The notes below the pieces were generated by a model. It searched no databases. It was not told the DNA's origin and was given only the letters and a program-made list of their open reading frames with translations. Both the position numbers and the translations under genes were made by a program. Shown here piece by piece: positions 37,204 to 46,832 of a DNA stretch of 64,000 nt. Each line of letters opens with the position of its first letter. The first letter of the stretch is position 1. The stretch comes from Candidatus Limnocylindria bacterium (GTDB lineage: Bacteria > Chloroflexota > Limnocylindria > P2-11E), in NCBI GenBank assembly GCA_038227105.1, contig JBBRQB010000003.1, positions 1,054 through 65,053 on the forward strand. Direction: 5' to 3'.

Positions 37204-37677
37204 CTACTGGGGCGCGCCCTCGTCGGTCATCCAGCGCTCCACGTCGCGGGTGTAGGCGACCGGACCCTCCGGGAACCAGAGCGCGATCTCGGCCGCGGCC
37301 GTCTCGGGCGCGTCGCTGGCGTGCACGAGGTTCCGCAGTCCGACGAGCGCGTAGTCGCCACGGATCGTGCCCGGGGCTGCCTCATGCGGGCGCGTCGCGC
37401 CGACCATCAGCCGCACGACCGCGATCGCGTTCGGGCCCTCGAGCACGGCAGCGATGACGGGCGAGGCGCTGATGGTCTTGACCAGGTCCTCGTAGAAGAA
37501 CTTCCCCTTGTGCACCGCGTAGTGCTGCTCCGCGTGCGCGCGCTCGACCTTCATCAGGCGCAGGGCGGCGAAGCGCAGGCCGCGTTTCTCGAACCGGGCG
37601 AGCAGCTCGCCGGCGATGCCGCGCTGCACCGCGTCGGGCTTGAGGACGATCAGGGTGCGCTGGATCATCTCGGTCAC
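37204..37677 (-). CDS. ndk: Nucleoside diphosphate kinase
   Basis: RTLIVLKPDAVQRG...NLVHASD active-site His. Confidence 0.95.
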   Translation of the reverse strand: MTEMIQRTLIVLKPDAVQRGIAGELLARFEKRGLRFAALRLMKVERAHAEQHYAVHKGKFFYEDLVKTISASPVIAAVLEGPNAIAVVRLMVGATRPHEAAPGTIRGDYALVGLRNLVHASDAPETAAAEIALWFPEGPVAYTRDVERWMTDEGAPQ

Positions 37678-38963
37678 GAAGCCTTCTCCATCGTCAATTC
37701 TTCGGCTTGGGGCGCGGCCAGCTCCGCGACGGTCGCGCGCGGCCCGACGGCCGCGAGGTATGCGAGCTCGGGTCGGAGGTATCGCTGCGCCACACGCTGC
37801 AGATCCGCGGCGCCGATCCCGTCGATGATCGCGATGAGCTCCTCGACGCTGCGGATCCGGTCGAGGAACAGCTCCTGACCAGCGAGCCAGCTGGACACGC
37901 CGCGCGAGTGCTCGAGTCGAAGCTCGATGCGGCCCTTCACGAAGTCACGGACGCGGGTGAGCTCGGCCTCGGTCACCGGCTCCGCGCGCAGGCGCGCGAC
38001 CTCGGCGAGCGCGGCGTCGACCGCTTCGCGCGCGCGCGTGGGCGCGACGCCGGCATAGATGACGATGTGGCCGGCGTCCGCGTAGTTCGAGATGTACGAG
38101 TGCACGTCGTACGTCAACGCGCGCTTCTCGCGAAGCTCCAGGAACAGGCGGCTCGACATCCCCTCGCCGAGGATCGCATTGAGCATGTCGATCGCGAACT
38201 TGTCCGGATGCAGCTGCGGCACGCCGCGCCACCCGATGCAGACGTGGGCCTGCTCGCCGCGCTTGGCGAGCGTCTTCGTGCGGGTGCGTCCGGCGTTCGG
38301 CGCCGCCTTGCCGACGATCGCCGGACGCGCCGGCAGGTCGCCGAAACGCGACGTCACCGCGGCGATGGCCTCGGCCTCGTCGATACGGCCCGCGATCGCG
38401 ACCACGATCCGCGACGGCGCGTACTGCGTGTCCATGAACTCGCGAAGCCCGGCCGCGGTCAGGCCGAGGACGACCGGCTCGCGGCCCGCGATCTCCCATC
38501 CCAGCGGATGGTTCGGGTACAGGAGCTCGTCGATGAGGGTGTGGACGCGATCCTGTGCCTGGTCGCGATACATTCGGATCTCTTCGACGATCACGTTGCG
38601 CTCCGACTCGACATCGCTCTCCCGCAGGAGCGGCGCGCGGACCATGTCCGAGACGATGTCCAGCGCGAGCAGGTAGTGGCGCGCCGGGACGAACGACGAG
38701 AAGACCGTGGCCTCCTTGTCGGTGGCCGCGTTCACCGTTCCGCCGACACCCTCGATCTGCTGGCTGATCTCGGACGCGCTCGGCCGGTTCGCGGTGCCCT
38801 TGAACACCATGTGCTCGAGGAAATGGCTCGTGCCCGCGTTGATCTTCGTCTCGGAGCGCGAGCCCACACCGACGTAGACGGCGATCGACGCCGACCGTGC
38901 TTCCGGCATGTCCTTGACCAGCACACGGACGCCGTTGGGAAGTTCCACGCGCTCGTATCGCAT
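37674..38963 (-). CDS. M16-family zinc metallopeptidase
   Basis: HFLEHMVFKGT (HxxEH). ATG at 38963. Confidence 0.8.
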   Translation of the reverse strand: MRYERVELPNGVRVLVKDMPEARSASIAVYVGVGSRSETKINAGTSHFLEHMVFKGTANRPSASEISQQIEGVGGTVNAATDKEATVFSSFVPARHYLLALDIVSDMVRAPLLRESDVESERNVIVEEIRMYRDQAQDRVHTLIDELLYPNHPLGWEIAGREPVVLGLTAAGLREFMDTQYAPSRIVVAIAGRIDEAEAIAAVTSRFGDLPARPAIVGKAAPNAGRTRTKTLAKRGEQAHVCIGWRGVPQLHPDKFAIDMLNAILGEGMSSRLFLELREKRALTYDVHSYISNYADAGHIVIYAGVAPTRAREAVDAALAEVARLRAEPVTEAELTRVRDFVKGRIELRLEHSRGVSSWLAGQELFLDRIRSVEELIAIIDGIGAADLQRVAQRYLRPELAYLAAVGPRATVAELAAPQAEELTMEKAS

Positions 38964-38986
38964 GATGAAGACGCTAGCAGGCGGGC

Positions 38987-39934
38987 TCAGTCGGCCGCGT
39001 GCCACGCTCCGTAGCTGATGATCAGATCCGCGCCCGCGCGACGTGACGCCGCGAGTGTCTCCCGCTCGGAGGCGGCGGCGTCATCAAGCTCTTCGGCCGC
39101 GATGACGAACGCGGCGTGCTCGTTCGCGGTATGGAACGAGATCACCGGGCGTCCGACCAGCGGACGCAGCGTCGCGACGATATCCAGCGCCGCGGTGCCC
39201 GGCTTCACGACCACGGCGTCCGCGCCCTCGGCAACGTCGCGCATCGCGCGGTTGCGCGACGCGCTGGGTTCGTCCGCGGCCAGCAGGGGCACGGCGCGCT
39301 CGCGGATCGGCGACGAACCAACGAGCACCCGGTGCATGCCGTAGAGGCTGCTCTCGAGCTTGGCCATCGCCGCGACCGGCACGGCCTCGTGCCGCTCCGC
39401 CAACGCCGAACGGACGGCCGCGACACTGCCGTCGAGCATGCCGGAGGGGATCACAAGGTCGGCGCCGGCGTCGGCGTTCGCGACGGCGATCTCACCGAGG
39501 CGCTCGAGCGTGCCGGCGACGTCCGCCCCGCCCTCGCGGAACAGGACGCATTGCCCGTGGTCGGTGTACGCGCAGACGCACACGTCGGTCGCGATACCCA
39601 GCTCGGGCACCGCTTCCTTCACCGCCCGGATCGCGCGCTGGACGATGTGGTCGCGCTCGCTCGCGATGAACGCCCGCGCATCCTTGCGATCCGTCGCGCC
39701 GTAGATCAACAGGCCGGCGAAGCCGGCGGACGCCGCGGCGCGCGCATCGCGCACGAGCTCGGTGATGGAGAGCCGCTCGAGATGCCCGGTGCCTTCGACG
39801 CGCTCGCGGTCCTCGACCGACGTCGACACGACGACCGGAAGGATCATCCGTGCGGCCAGATCGTCGCGACCGAGAGCCCGGGACCACGCGGGATGGTCCG
39901 CGAGATGGGGCCGGGAAACGGTGCCGTTGCCCAT
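38987..39934 (-). CDS. hemB: Porphobilinogen synthase (delta-aminolevulinate dehydratase), Zn-type
   Basis: Cys-rich metal site DVCVCAYTDHGQC. Schiff-base Lys in AVVVKPG. Confidence 0.85.
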   Translation of the reverse strand: MGNGTVSRPHLADHPAWSRALGRDDLAARMILPVVVSTSVEDRERVEGTGHLERLSITELVRDARAAASAGFAGLLIYGATDRKDARAFIASERDHIVQRAIRAVKEAVPELGIATDVCVCAYTDHGQCVLFREGGADVAGTLERLGEIAVANADAGADLVIPSGMLDGSVAAVRSALAERHEAVPVAAMAKLESSLYGMHRVLVGSSPIRERAVPLLAADEPSASRNRAMRDVAEGADAVVVKPGTAALDIVATLRPLVGRPVISFHTANEHAAFVIAAEELDDAAASERETLAASRRAGADLIISYGAWHAAD

Positions 39935-40002
39935 CTGCTCATCTTACTCACGGGGGACTAGCATTCCGGGCGGTGGGTACGTTCCGAGCCGCATTCAGGG
40001 CG

Positions 40003-40956
40003 ATGGGCGCGGTCCTCGTCGCGGCGTCACTCCTCGCCGCGTTCCCGCACGCCGCCCGAGCGGACGACACCACGTCACCGCTCCCGGCGCACGCGGACCT
40101 CGGCCCGATGCGCCACATCTGGCAATCGCTCAACAACTGCGGGCCGGCGTCCGTCGTCATGGCCCTCTCGGTGTTCGGCATCGACGCGGACCAGGAGGTC
40201 GCGCGGCTCGCACTGCGCGGGCCGGACGTCCGCCGCGGCATGGGTCCGGGACCCGTCGACCCGTGGGTGAATCAGCTGTACGGGCTGCGCTCCATCTCGC
40301 GGTTGAACGGCACGAATGACCTCATCAAGCGGCTCGTCGCGAACGGCTTCGCGCCGATGGTCACCCAGTGGATGCAGGACCCCTCGATCTCGCGCATCGC
40401 GCACTGGCGAACGGTCCGCGGGTACGACGACGACGCGAAGGCCTTCTACGTGAACGACCCGATGCTCGGCAACAACGTCGCGCTGTCCTATGAATGGTTC
40501 AACGCGAACTGGCAGCCATTCAGCTACCGCTGGATGGTCCTCTACGAGCCGAAGGATCAGCAGCGGCTGCAGCAGCTCATCGGCGCCGATTGGACCGAGG
40601 CCGGCATGCGCGACGCGTTCTACGCGCGCGCGAAGGCCGACGCGTACGCGCAGGAGACGAGCGCCGCGTGGCTCGCTTACGGCGAAGCCGCGTACCAGGA
40701 CGGCTGGTTCGCCGAGGCGGTCGCGGCGTTCGACCGCGGGATGCAGCTCGGCTCGGCGACGGGTGTGTTCACGGTGCGCAGCAGCTATCCGCAGGCCCTC
40801 CGGGCGCTCGGCCGCCAGAACGACGCCGAGCGGGCCGCCGCGAGCCTCGCGAACCTGACGACGACGCCCGCCGCAGTCGTGCAGTCGCCCGACCGGTACG
40901 CGACGTTCATGGCCTACAAGCGCGCGAACTCGGACGGCATCACGCTCGTCGAGTAG
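40003..40956 (+). CDS. Secreted C39-like (papain-fold) peptidase-domain protein with a C-terminal TPR-like region
   Basis: Signal peptide. Catalytic-Cys motif LNNCGPASVVMAL. Alternative GTG start at 39973. Confidence 0.6.
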   Translation: MGAVLVAASLLAAFPHAARADDTTSPLPAHADLGPMRHIWQSLNNCGPASVVMALSVFGIDADQEVARLALRGPDVRRGMGPGPVDPWVNQLYGLRSISRLNGTNDLIKRLVANGFAPMVTQWMQDPSISRIAHWRTVRGYDDDAKAFYVNDPMLGNNVALSYEWFNANWQPFSYRWMVLYEPKDQQRLQQLIGADWTEAGMRDAFYARAKADAYAQETSAAWLAYGEAAYQDGWFAEAVAAFDRGMQLGSATGVFTVRSSYPQALRALGRQNDAERAAASLANLTTTPAAVVQSPDRYATFMAYKRANSDGITLVE

Positions 40957-42132
40957 CTAGCCGAGCAGGTCCCTGGCGCGCGCGAGCCGCTCACCCGCCT
41001 CACGCAGCACGTCGTCCGTCTTGCAGAACGTGAACCGGATCAGGCCTCGCCCGAGCTCCGGCTGGGAGAAGAACGAAGAGCCCGGCACCGCCGCGACACC
41101 GACCTCGGCGACCAGCCGGCGCGAGAACGTCACGTCGTCACTCAGGCCGAAGTCGGAGATGTCGCAGAGGATGTAGTACGCGCCCTCCGGCAGGCGCGGC
41201 TTGAAACCGGCACGATCGAGCGACTCGAAGAGCGTGTCGCGACGGACCTTGTAGTGCGCGGAGAGATCGCGGTAATAGGGCAGACCGAGCGTCAACCCGG
41301 CCGCGACGGCCTCCTGCAGGGGCGCGGGCGCCCCGACCGTCACGAAGTCGTGGACCTTTCGGATCCCGGCCGTGAGGTGCGGCGCCGCGACGATCCAGCC
41401 GACGCGCCAGCCCGTGACCGAGAACGTCTTCGAGGCTCCGGAGATCGTGACGGTCCGGTCGGCCATCCCGTCGAGCGTCGCCAGCGGAATGTGCTCGCCG
41501 CTATAGCGGATGTGCTCGTAGATCTCGTCGGTGACGGCGATGACATCGTGCTCCCGGCACAGCGATGCGATGAGCTCGAGCTCCACGCGGGTGAACACGC
41601 GGCCGCTCGGGTTGTTCGGCGTGTTCACGATGATCGCCTTCGTCCGCGCGGTGAACGCCGCGCGCAGCTCGTCGGGATCGAACGTGTAGTCGGGCGCGCG
41701 CAGGGGCACGAAGACCGGCTTGGCGCCGCAGATCGCCGCATCGGGGCCGTAGTTCTCGTAGAACGGCTCGAGGGCGACGATCTCGTCACCGGGGTCGACG
41801 ATCGCGAGGAGCGTTGAGACCATCGCCTCGGTCGATCCGCAGGTGACCGTCAGCATCGTCTCGGGGTCGACGGTCATCCCATAGAGGTCCTGATAGCTCT
41901 TCGCGAGCCCGTCGCGCAGCGATGTGCTTCCCCACGTGATCGCGTACTGGTTGATGTCCGCGTCGATCGCGCGCTTGGCCGCATCCTTCAGCAGCGCCGG
42001 CGCGGGGAAGTTCGGGAAGCCTTGCGCGAGGTTGATACCGCCGTGCGCCGCGCAGAGCCTGGTCATCTCGCGGATGACGGATTCCGTGAACCCTTCGGTC
42101 CGGGCCGCGAGCGCACGCTTGGACACCTTCAA
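40957..42132 (-). CDS. PLP-dependent class I/II aminotransferase
   Basis: PLP-Lys motif SGASKTFSVTGWRVGW. Confidence 0.85.
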   Translation of the reverse strand: MKVSKRALAARTEGFTESVIREMTRLCAAHGGINLAQGFPNFPAPALLKDAAKRAIDADINQYAITWGSTSLRDGLAKSYQDLYGMTVDPETMLTVTCGSTEAMVSTLLAIVDPGDEIVALEPFYENYGPDAAICGAKPVFVPLRAPDYTFDPDELRAAFTARTKAIIVNTPNNPSGRVFTRVELELIASLCREHDVIAVTDEIYEHIRYSGEHIPLATLDGMADRTVTISGASKTFSVTGWRVGWIVAAPHLTAGIRKVHDFVTVGAPAPLQEAVAAGLTLGLPYYRDLSAHYKVRRDTLFESLDRAGFKPRLPEGAYYILCDISDFGLSDDVTFSRRLVAEVGVAAVPGSSFFSQPELGRGLIRFTFCKTDDVLREAGERLARARDLLG

Positions 42133-43082
42133 TAGCCGATGGAACGGTCCACGAGGTTGAGGAGAGGCTCGCCCGCCTTGAAGCGTCGGACGTTCTCGAC
42201 CAACAGCGCGAGGCTCCGCTCACCCACCCGCGGCGACGAGTTCGACACATGCGGCGTGAGGATGGCGTTGTCGAGCTTCCAGAGCGGACTCGCCGCCGGG
42301 AGCGGCTCCGTCTCGAACACGTCGAGCGCCGCACCGGCGATGCGGCGCTCGGTCAGTGCCTCGATGAGGGCCGGCTCGTCGATGAGCGGACCGCGGGCGA
42401 TGTTGATGACCCAAGCCGATGACTTGAGCCCGCGCAGGATCGCCGCGGACACCATGCCGCGGGTCTGCGGCGTGAGCGCGGCGGTGACGGCGAGGTAGTC
42501 GGCCTCCCTGGTGACCTCCGCGAACCGTTCTGGCGGCACGATCCGCTCGGCGCCGGGCGCCGGCCGGCTCGCGTCGCGGCGGACCCCGACGACCCGCATG
42601 CCGACACCCGACGCGATGCGCGCGAGCTCGGTGCCGATGCTGCCCATGCCCAGGATCACGAGCCTGGCGTCGCGGACCTCCGTGTGCGGGACGCCGCGCT
42701 GCCACTCGCTGCGGCCCTGGGCCGCGAGGTGCTCGGGCACGCGCTTCGCGGCAGCGAAGATCATCGCGAGCACGTGCTCCGCGATCGGCACGTCGTAGGC
42801 GCCGGTGTTGTTCGTCAGCTGGATGCCGTCGCGGCCGGCAAGGAGCGGCACGTGCCCGTCGACGCCCGCCGAGAACGTGTGGACCCAGCGCAGCTTCGGC
42901 ATCGTGACCAGCGCGTCACGGAGCCGGTCGAGCGAGATACCGCCGAGGAGCGCGTCCGCGCCGGCTGCCGGTCCGAGGTCGCCCTTTTCCACACCGATCA
43001 CGCGGTCGCCGGGTACGGCGGCCCTGAATGTCTCGAGGGATGGGTGCTGCCCCCAGTCGCCGATGAACGCCAGCGTGCTCAC
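42129..43082 (-). CDS. D-isomer-specific 2-hydroxyacid dehydrogenase (NAD-binding)
   Basis: GMGSIGTELA Rossmann motif, RGPLIDEPAL, catalytic His TPHVS. Confidence 0.85.
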   Translation of the reverse strand: MSTLAFIGDWGQHPSLETFRAAVPGDRVIGVEKGDLGPAAGADALLGGISLDRLRDALVTMPKLRWVHTFSAGVDGHVPLLAGRDGIQLTNNTGAYDVPIAEHVLAMIFAAAKRVPEHLAAQGRSEWQRGVPHTEVRDARLVILGMGSIGTELARIASGVGMRVVGVRRDASRPAPGAERIVPPERFAEVTREADYLAVTAALTPQTRGMVSAAILRGLKSSAWVINIARGPLIDEPALIEALTERRIAGAALDVFETEPLPAASPLWKLDNAILTPHVSNSSPRVGERSLALLVENVRRFKAGEPLLNLVDRSIGY

Positions 43083-43105
43083 TCGCCTCGCATACTAGCC
43101 AGCCG

Positions 43106-43816
43106 ATGTGGTTCACCGGCACGACGCTCAACTTCGCGACCGTCCTCGTTGGCGGCCTGCTCGGCCTCTTCCTCGGCGATCACCTGCCGCGGCGGCTCCG
43201 GGAGAACGTCATTTCGGGCGTCGGACTGTTCACGCTCGTGATGGGCGTGAAGTTCGCGGTCGACACCGCGAGCCTCCTCTACCTCTTCGGTGCGATGGTC
43301 ATCGGCGGCATCATCGGGTCCCTGGCCGGGATCGAGCAGCGGCTCAATGGCCTCGGCGCCGCGATCCAGAGCCGGCTCGCGGCGCCAGGAAGCCCGAGCA
43401 CGGTCGCCGAGGGGTTCGTCACCGCGAGCATCGTGTTCTGCGTGGGGCCGCTCACGTTCCTGGGCGCGATCCGCAACGGCCTCACCGGCGACGCGTCGCT
43501 GCTCGCGATCAAGAGCGTGCTCGACGGCTTCACGGCGATCGCCTTTGCCGCGACCCTCGGCTGGGGCGTGCTGCTGTCGCTCGTCGTGATCCTCGTCTAC
43601 CAGGGCGGCCTTGCGGCCGGCGCCTCTATCTTCGCCGGCCTCCTGTCGGACGCCCAGCTTCGCGAGATGAGCGCGGTCGGCGGCCTGCTGATCGTCGGCG
43701 TAGGGTTGAAGCTGCTGAAGATCCGCGACGTCCAGGTCGCCGATTACCTGCCGGCGATCGGGGTCGCGCCGCTGCTCGTCGCCGCGGCAACCGCTGTGGG
43801 AGGGCTCGTGAAATGA
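43106..43816 (+). CDS. DUF554-family membrane protein
   Basis: Polytopic, Gly/Leu-rich. Family-like N-terminus. Confidence 0.6.
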   Translation: MWFTGTTLNFATVLVGGLLGLFLGDHLPRRLRENVISGVGLFTLVMGVKFAVDTASLLYLFGAMVIGGIIGSLAGIEQRLNGLGAAIQSRLAAPGSPSTVAEGFVTASIVFCVGPLTFLGAIRNGLTGDASLLAIKSVLDGFTAIAFAATLGWGVLLSLVVILVYQGGLAAGASIFAGLLSDAQLREMSAVGGLLIVGVGLKLLKIRDVQVADYLPAIGVAPLLVAAATAVGGLVK

Positions 43817-44880
43817 AGATCCTGGAATTCCGGAGTGACACTTTCACCCTGCCGACGCCGGCGATGCGCAAGGCGATGGCCGACGCCGAGGTCGGTGACG
43901 ACCAGTACGGCGAGGACCCGACGGTGAACCGGCTTGAGGAGCGCGCGGCCGAGATCGTGGGCAAGGAGGCCGGCCTCTACGTCGCGAGCGGCATGCTCGG
44001 GAACCTCGTCGGCGTGCTCTCGCAGGCCCAGCGCGGGGACGAAGTGATCCTCGGCGACCTCGCCCACATCTACCAGAACGAGATGGGCGCCTTCACGGTC
44101 CTCGGTGGCCTTCACGGCCGCGTGGTGCCGAACCGCGACGGGCTGCCGTCGCTCGAGGACATCGAGGCGGCGATCCGTCCGGCGACCGGGGCGTTCCCCC
44201 GCTCCGCGCTCCTCTGCCTCGAGAACTCGCACAACAACTGCGGCGGATCGGTGATCACCGGTGCCGAGACAGCAGCCGTTGCGGCGCTGGCGCACGAGCG
44301 CGGGATGAAGGTCCACCTCGACGGTGCGCGCATCTTCAACGCGGCCGCAGCGCTCGGGGTCGACGTGAAGGACCTCACCGTTCCCGTCGACACCGTGCAG
44401 TTCTGCTTCTCGAAGGGCCTCTCGGCTCCCGTCGGCTCGATCCTCTGCGGGCCCCGGGACACCGTGGCGCGGGCCCGCAAGGTGCGCAAGCTCCTCGGCG
44501 GCGCGATGCGCCAGGCCGGCGTCATCGCGGCGGCCGCCCTTGTCGGGCTCGAGACCATGCGCGAGCGGCTCGTCGAGGACCATGTGAACGCGCGGGCGCT
44601 CGCCGACGGGCTCTCCGCGATACGCGGGCTGAAGATCGATGCGGCCAAAGTCGTCACGAACATCGTCTCGTTCGAAGTGGAGCGCGGCGCGATGGACGCC
44701 GGCGACTTCCAGAAGGCCTGCGCGGAGCGAGGCCTGCGGATCTCGCGCTATCTCGGCAACTCACCGCGCCTTCGCATGGTCACGCACGCGAATGTGAGCA
44801 ATGCGGACGTCGACGCGGCGCTCGCGATCATGAGCGGGGTCCTCGCCCAGATGCGACAGCCGGTGACGGCCGCCGACTGA
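43813..44880 (+). CDS. ltaE: Low-specificity L-threonine aldolase
   Basis: FRSDTFTLPTPAM, ENSHNNCGG, PLP-Lys FSKGLSAPVGS. ATGA overlap with the DUF554 gene. Confidence 0.8.
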   Translation: MKILEFRSDTFTLPTPAMRKAMADAEVGDDQYGEDPTVNRLEERAAEIVGKEAGLYVASGMLGNLVGVLSQAQRGDEVILGDLAHIYQNEMGAFTVLGGLHGRVVPNRDGLPSLEDIEAAIRPATGAFPRSALLCLENSHNNCGGSVITGAETAAVAALAHERGMKVHLDGARIFNAAAALGVDVKDLTVPVDTVQFCFSKGLSAPVGSILCGPRDTVARARKVRKLLGGAMRQAGVIAAAALVGLETMRERLVEDHVNARALADGLSAIRGLKIDAAKVVTNIVSFEVERGAMDAGDFQKACAERGLRISRYLGNSPRLRMVTHANVSNADVDAALAIMSGVLAQMRQPVTAAD

Positions 44881-45816
44881 TCAGCGCTTCTCGGTGCCCC
44901 GGAGCCGCGGATCGAGCGCATCCCGCAGGCCGTCCCCGACGAGATAGAGGCAGAGCACCGTGATGAAGATCATCACGCCGGGCGGGTAGATCAGCCACGG
45001 ACCGTGCGTCGTGAACTGTGTCGCGCGCGTGAGCATGTTCCCCCACGAGGCGACCGGCGGCTGGATGCCGAACCCGATGAACGAGAGCGCGGACTCCGTG
45101 AGGATGAGGCCGGCCACATCGACGGCGGCGACAATGATCATGAGCGGCAGAATGTTCGGCAGGACGTGCCGGAACATGATCCGGGCCGGCGTCGCGCCGA
45201 TGGTCCGCGCCGCGGTCGTGTACTCGCGCTCGCGGATCGAGAACGTCAGCCCGCGAGCCTGCAGCTGGATCCCGAGCCACCCGAGGAGACCGAGGAGGAG
45301 CGTGAACGCGACCGGCTCCGGACGGAAGTACGCGAAGATGAACAGGAACAGGAACAGCCCGGGGATGTTCGCGATCGTGTTGACCACCCACTGCACCAGG
45401 TCGTCCCACCAGCCACGGAAGTAGCCGGCGGAGATCCCGAGGCTGACCCCGACGAACATCGACACGAGCGCGCCGAACACGCCCACCGCGAGAGACACGC
45501 GCGCGCCGTACATGAGCCGGACGATCTGGCTCCGGCCGAGGTCGTCGGTCCCGAGCCACAGATACGGCTCGTCGAAGGACGGCGACGTGTAGCTGTCCAG
45601 CAGCGACTGCTGGGTGAAGCTGCGGTGGAAGAAGTTCTGCGCCAGGAGGTCCGCGGCGAGCGCGATGGCCGCGATGACGGCGAGCGCGACCAGTGCCGCG
45701 ATCGTCGTCGGGTCGCGCCGGATACGCCAGAGAGCGTCGGTCCAGATGCCGGCGCTGGCCATGCGCTTTTCGGCCGTCGAGGCGGGGCTCGGCGCCACGA
45801 TCTCGGCCGTGCTCAC
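44881..45816 (-). CDS. ABC peptide/nickel transporter permease (DppC/OppC-like)
   Basis: EAA-loop region TAARTIGATPARIMFRHVLPN. Confidence 0.85.
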   Translation of the reverse strand: MSTAEIVAPSPASTAEKRMASAGIWTDALWRIRRDPTTIAALVALAVIAAIALAADLLAQNFFHRSFTQQSLLDSYTSPSFDEPYLWLGTDDLGRSQIVRLMYGARVSLAVGVFGALVSMFVGVSLGISAGYFRGWWDDLVQWVVNTIANIPGLFLFLFIFAYFRPEPVAFTLLLGLLGWLGIQLQARGLTFSIREREYTTAARTIGATPARIMFRHVLPNILPLMIIVAAVDVAGLILTESALSFIGFGIQPPVASWGNMLTRATQFTTHGPWLIYPPGVMIFITVLCLYLVGDGLRDALDPRLRGTEKR

Positions 45817-46784
45817 GCACTCACCTTTATCCGCGGGTCGACCCAGGCATAGGCGATGTCACGGATGATGAAGGAGACCAACAGGAGCAGCGATCCCGCG
45901 AGGACGTCGGCCTGGATCACCGGGAAGTCCTTGTTCGTGATCGCTTCGAAGAACAGCCGGCCGATACCCGGCCAGTTGAAGACCTGCTCGATCACGAACG
46001 ACCCGGCCAGCACGATCGTGAGGATGCCTCCGAGCAGCGTCACCATCGGGATGAGGCAGTTCCGGAGCACGTGGATCCAACGGACCGTGCGCTCGGCGAG
46101 GCCCTTGGCCTCCGCGGTGCGGACGTAGTCCTGGCGGATGACCTCGAGCACCTCGGTGCGTAGATACCGCGGGTACAGCGCGATGCCGGCAAGCGCGGCC
46201 GTCAGGACCGGACCGGCGAGGTGCCACAGCCGGTCGAGGACGTCGCCTTCCTTGCCGATCGCGTTCATGCTCCCGATGGGGAACCACCGGAGCTCGACGC
46301 CGAGCACCGTGACGAAGATCAGGCCGAACCAGAATGACGGGATCGCGTGTCCGGCCGTCGAGAACACCCGGATGACGTGGTCGACCCAACGGCCGCGGTT
46401 GTAGGCGGAGATCACGCCGAGCGGCACCCCGATGACGATCGCGACCAGCAGGGCGCTGACCGACAGCTGCAGCGAGTTGGGGATCCGCTCGGCGATCATC
46501 TGGATCGCCGGGCGGTGGTAGTAGAAGGAGTTGCCGAAATTGAGGGTCAGCGCGTTCGCCATATACCGCGCGAACTGCACCGGCACCGGGTCGTTGAGCC
46601 CGAGGCTTTCCGTGAGTGCGGTGCGTTCCTCCGGCGTGATGTCGAACTGACCGGCGAGCATGAGGTGCACGGGATCGCCAGGCGAGTAGTGCTGAAGCAG
46701 GAACGTGAGCAACAGGATCCCGAAGATCGTCGGGATCGCCAGAAGCAACCTGCGGATGATGAATCTGAGCACGACCGTCACCAC
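45813..46784 (-). CDS. ABC peptide/nickel transporter permease (DppB/OppB-like)
   Basis: EAA loop YVRTAEAKGLAERTVRWIHVLRN. Confidence 0.85.
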   Translation of the reverse strand: MVTVVLRFIIRRLLLAIPTIFGILLLTFLLQHYSPGDPVHLMLAGQFDITPEERTALTESLGLNDPVPVQFARYMANALTLNFGNSFYYHRPAIQMIAERIPNSLQLSVSALLVAIVIGVPLGVISAYNRGRWVDHVIRVFSTAGHAIPSFWFGLIFVTVLGVELRWFPIGSMNAIGKEGDVLDRLWHLAGPVLTAALAGIALYPRYLRTEVLEVIRQDYVRTAEAKGLAERTVRWIHVLRNCLIPMVTLLGGILTIVLAGSFVIEQVFNWPGIGRLFFEAITNKDFPVIQADVLAGSLLLLVSFIIRDIAYAWVDPRIKVSA

Positions 46785-46832
46785 CTAGCGGCCCGGGCGG
46801 GATCGCTCCCGCCCGGGCCAACGACTACGCGA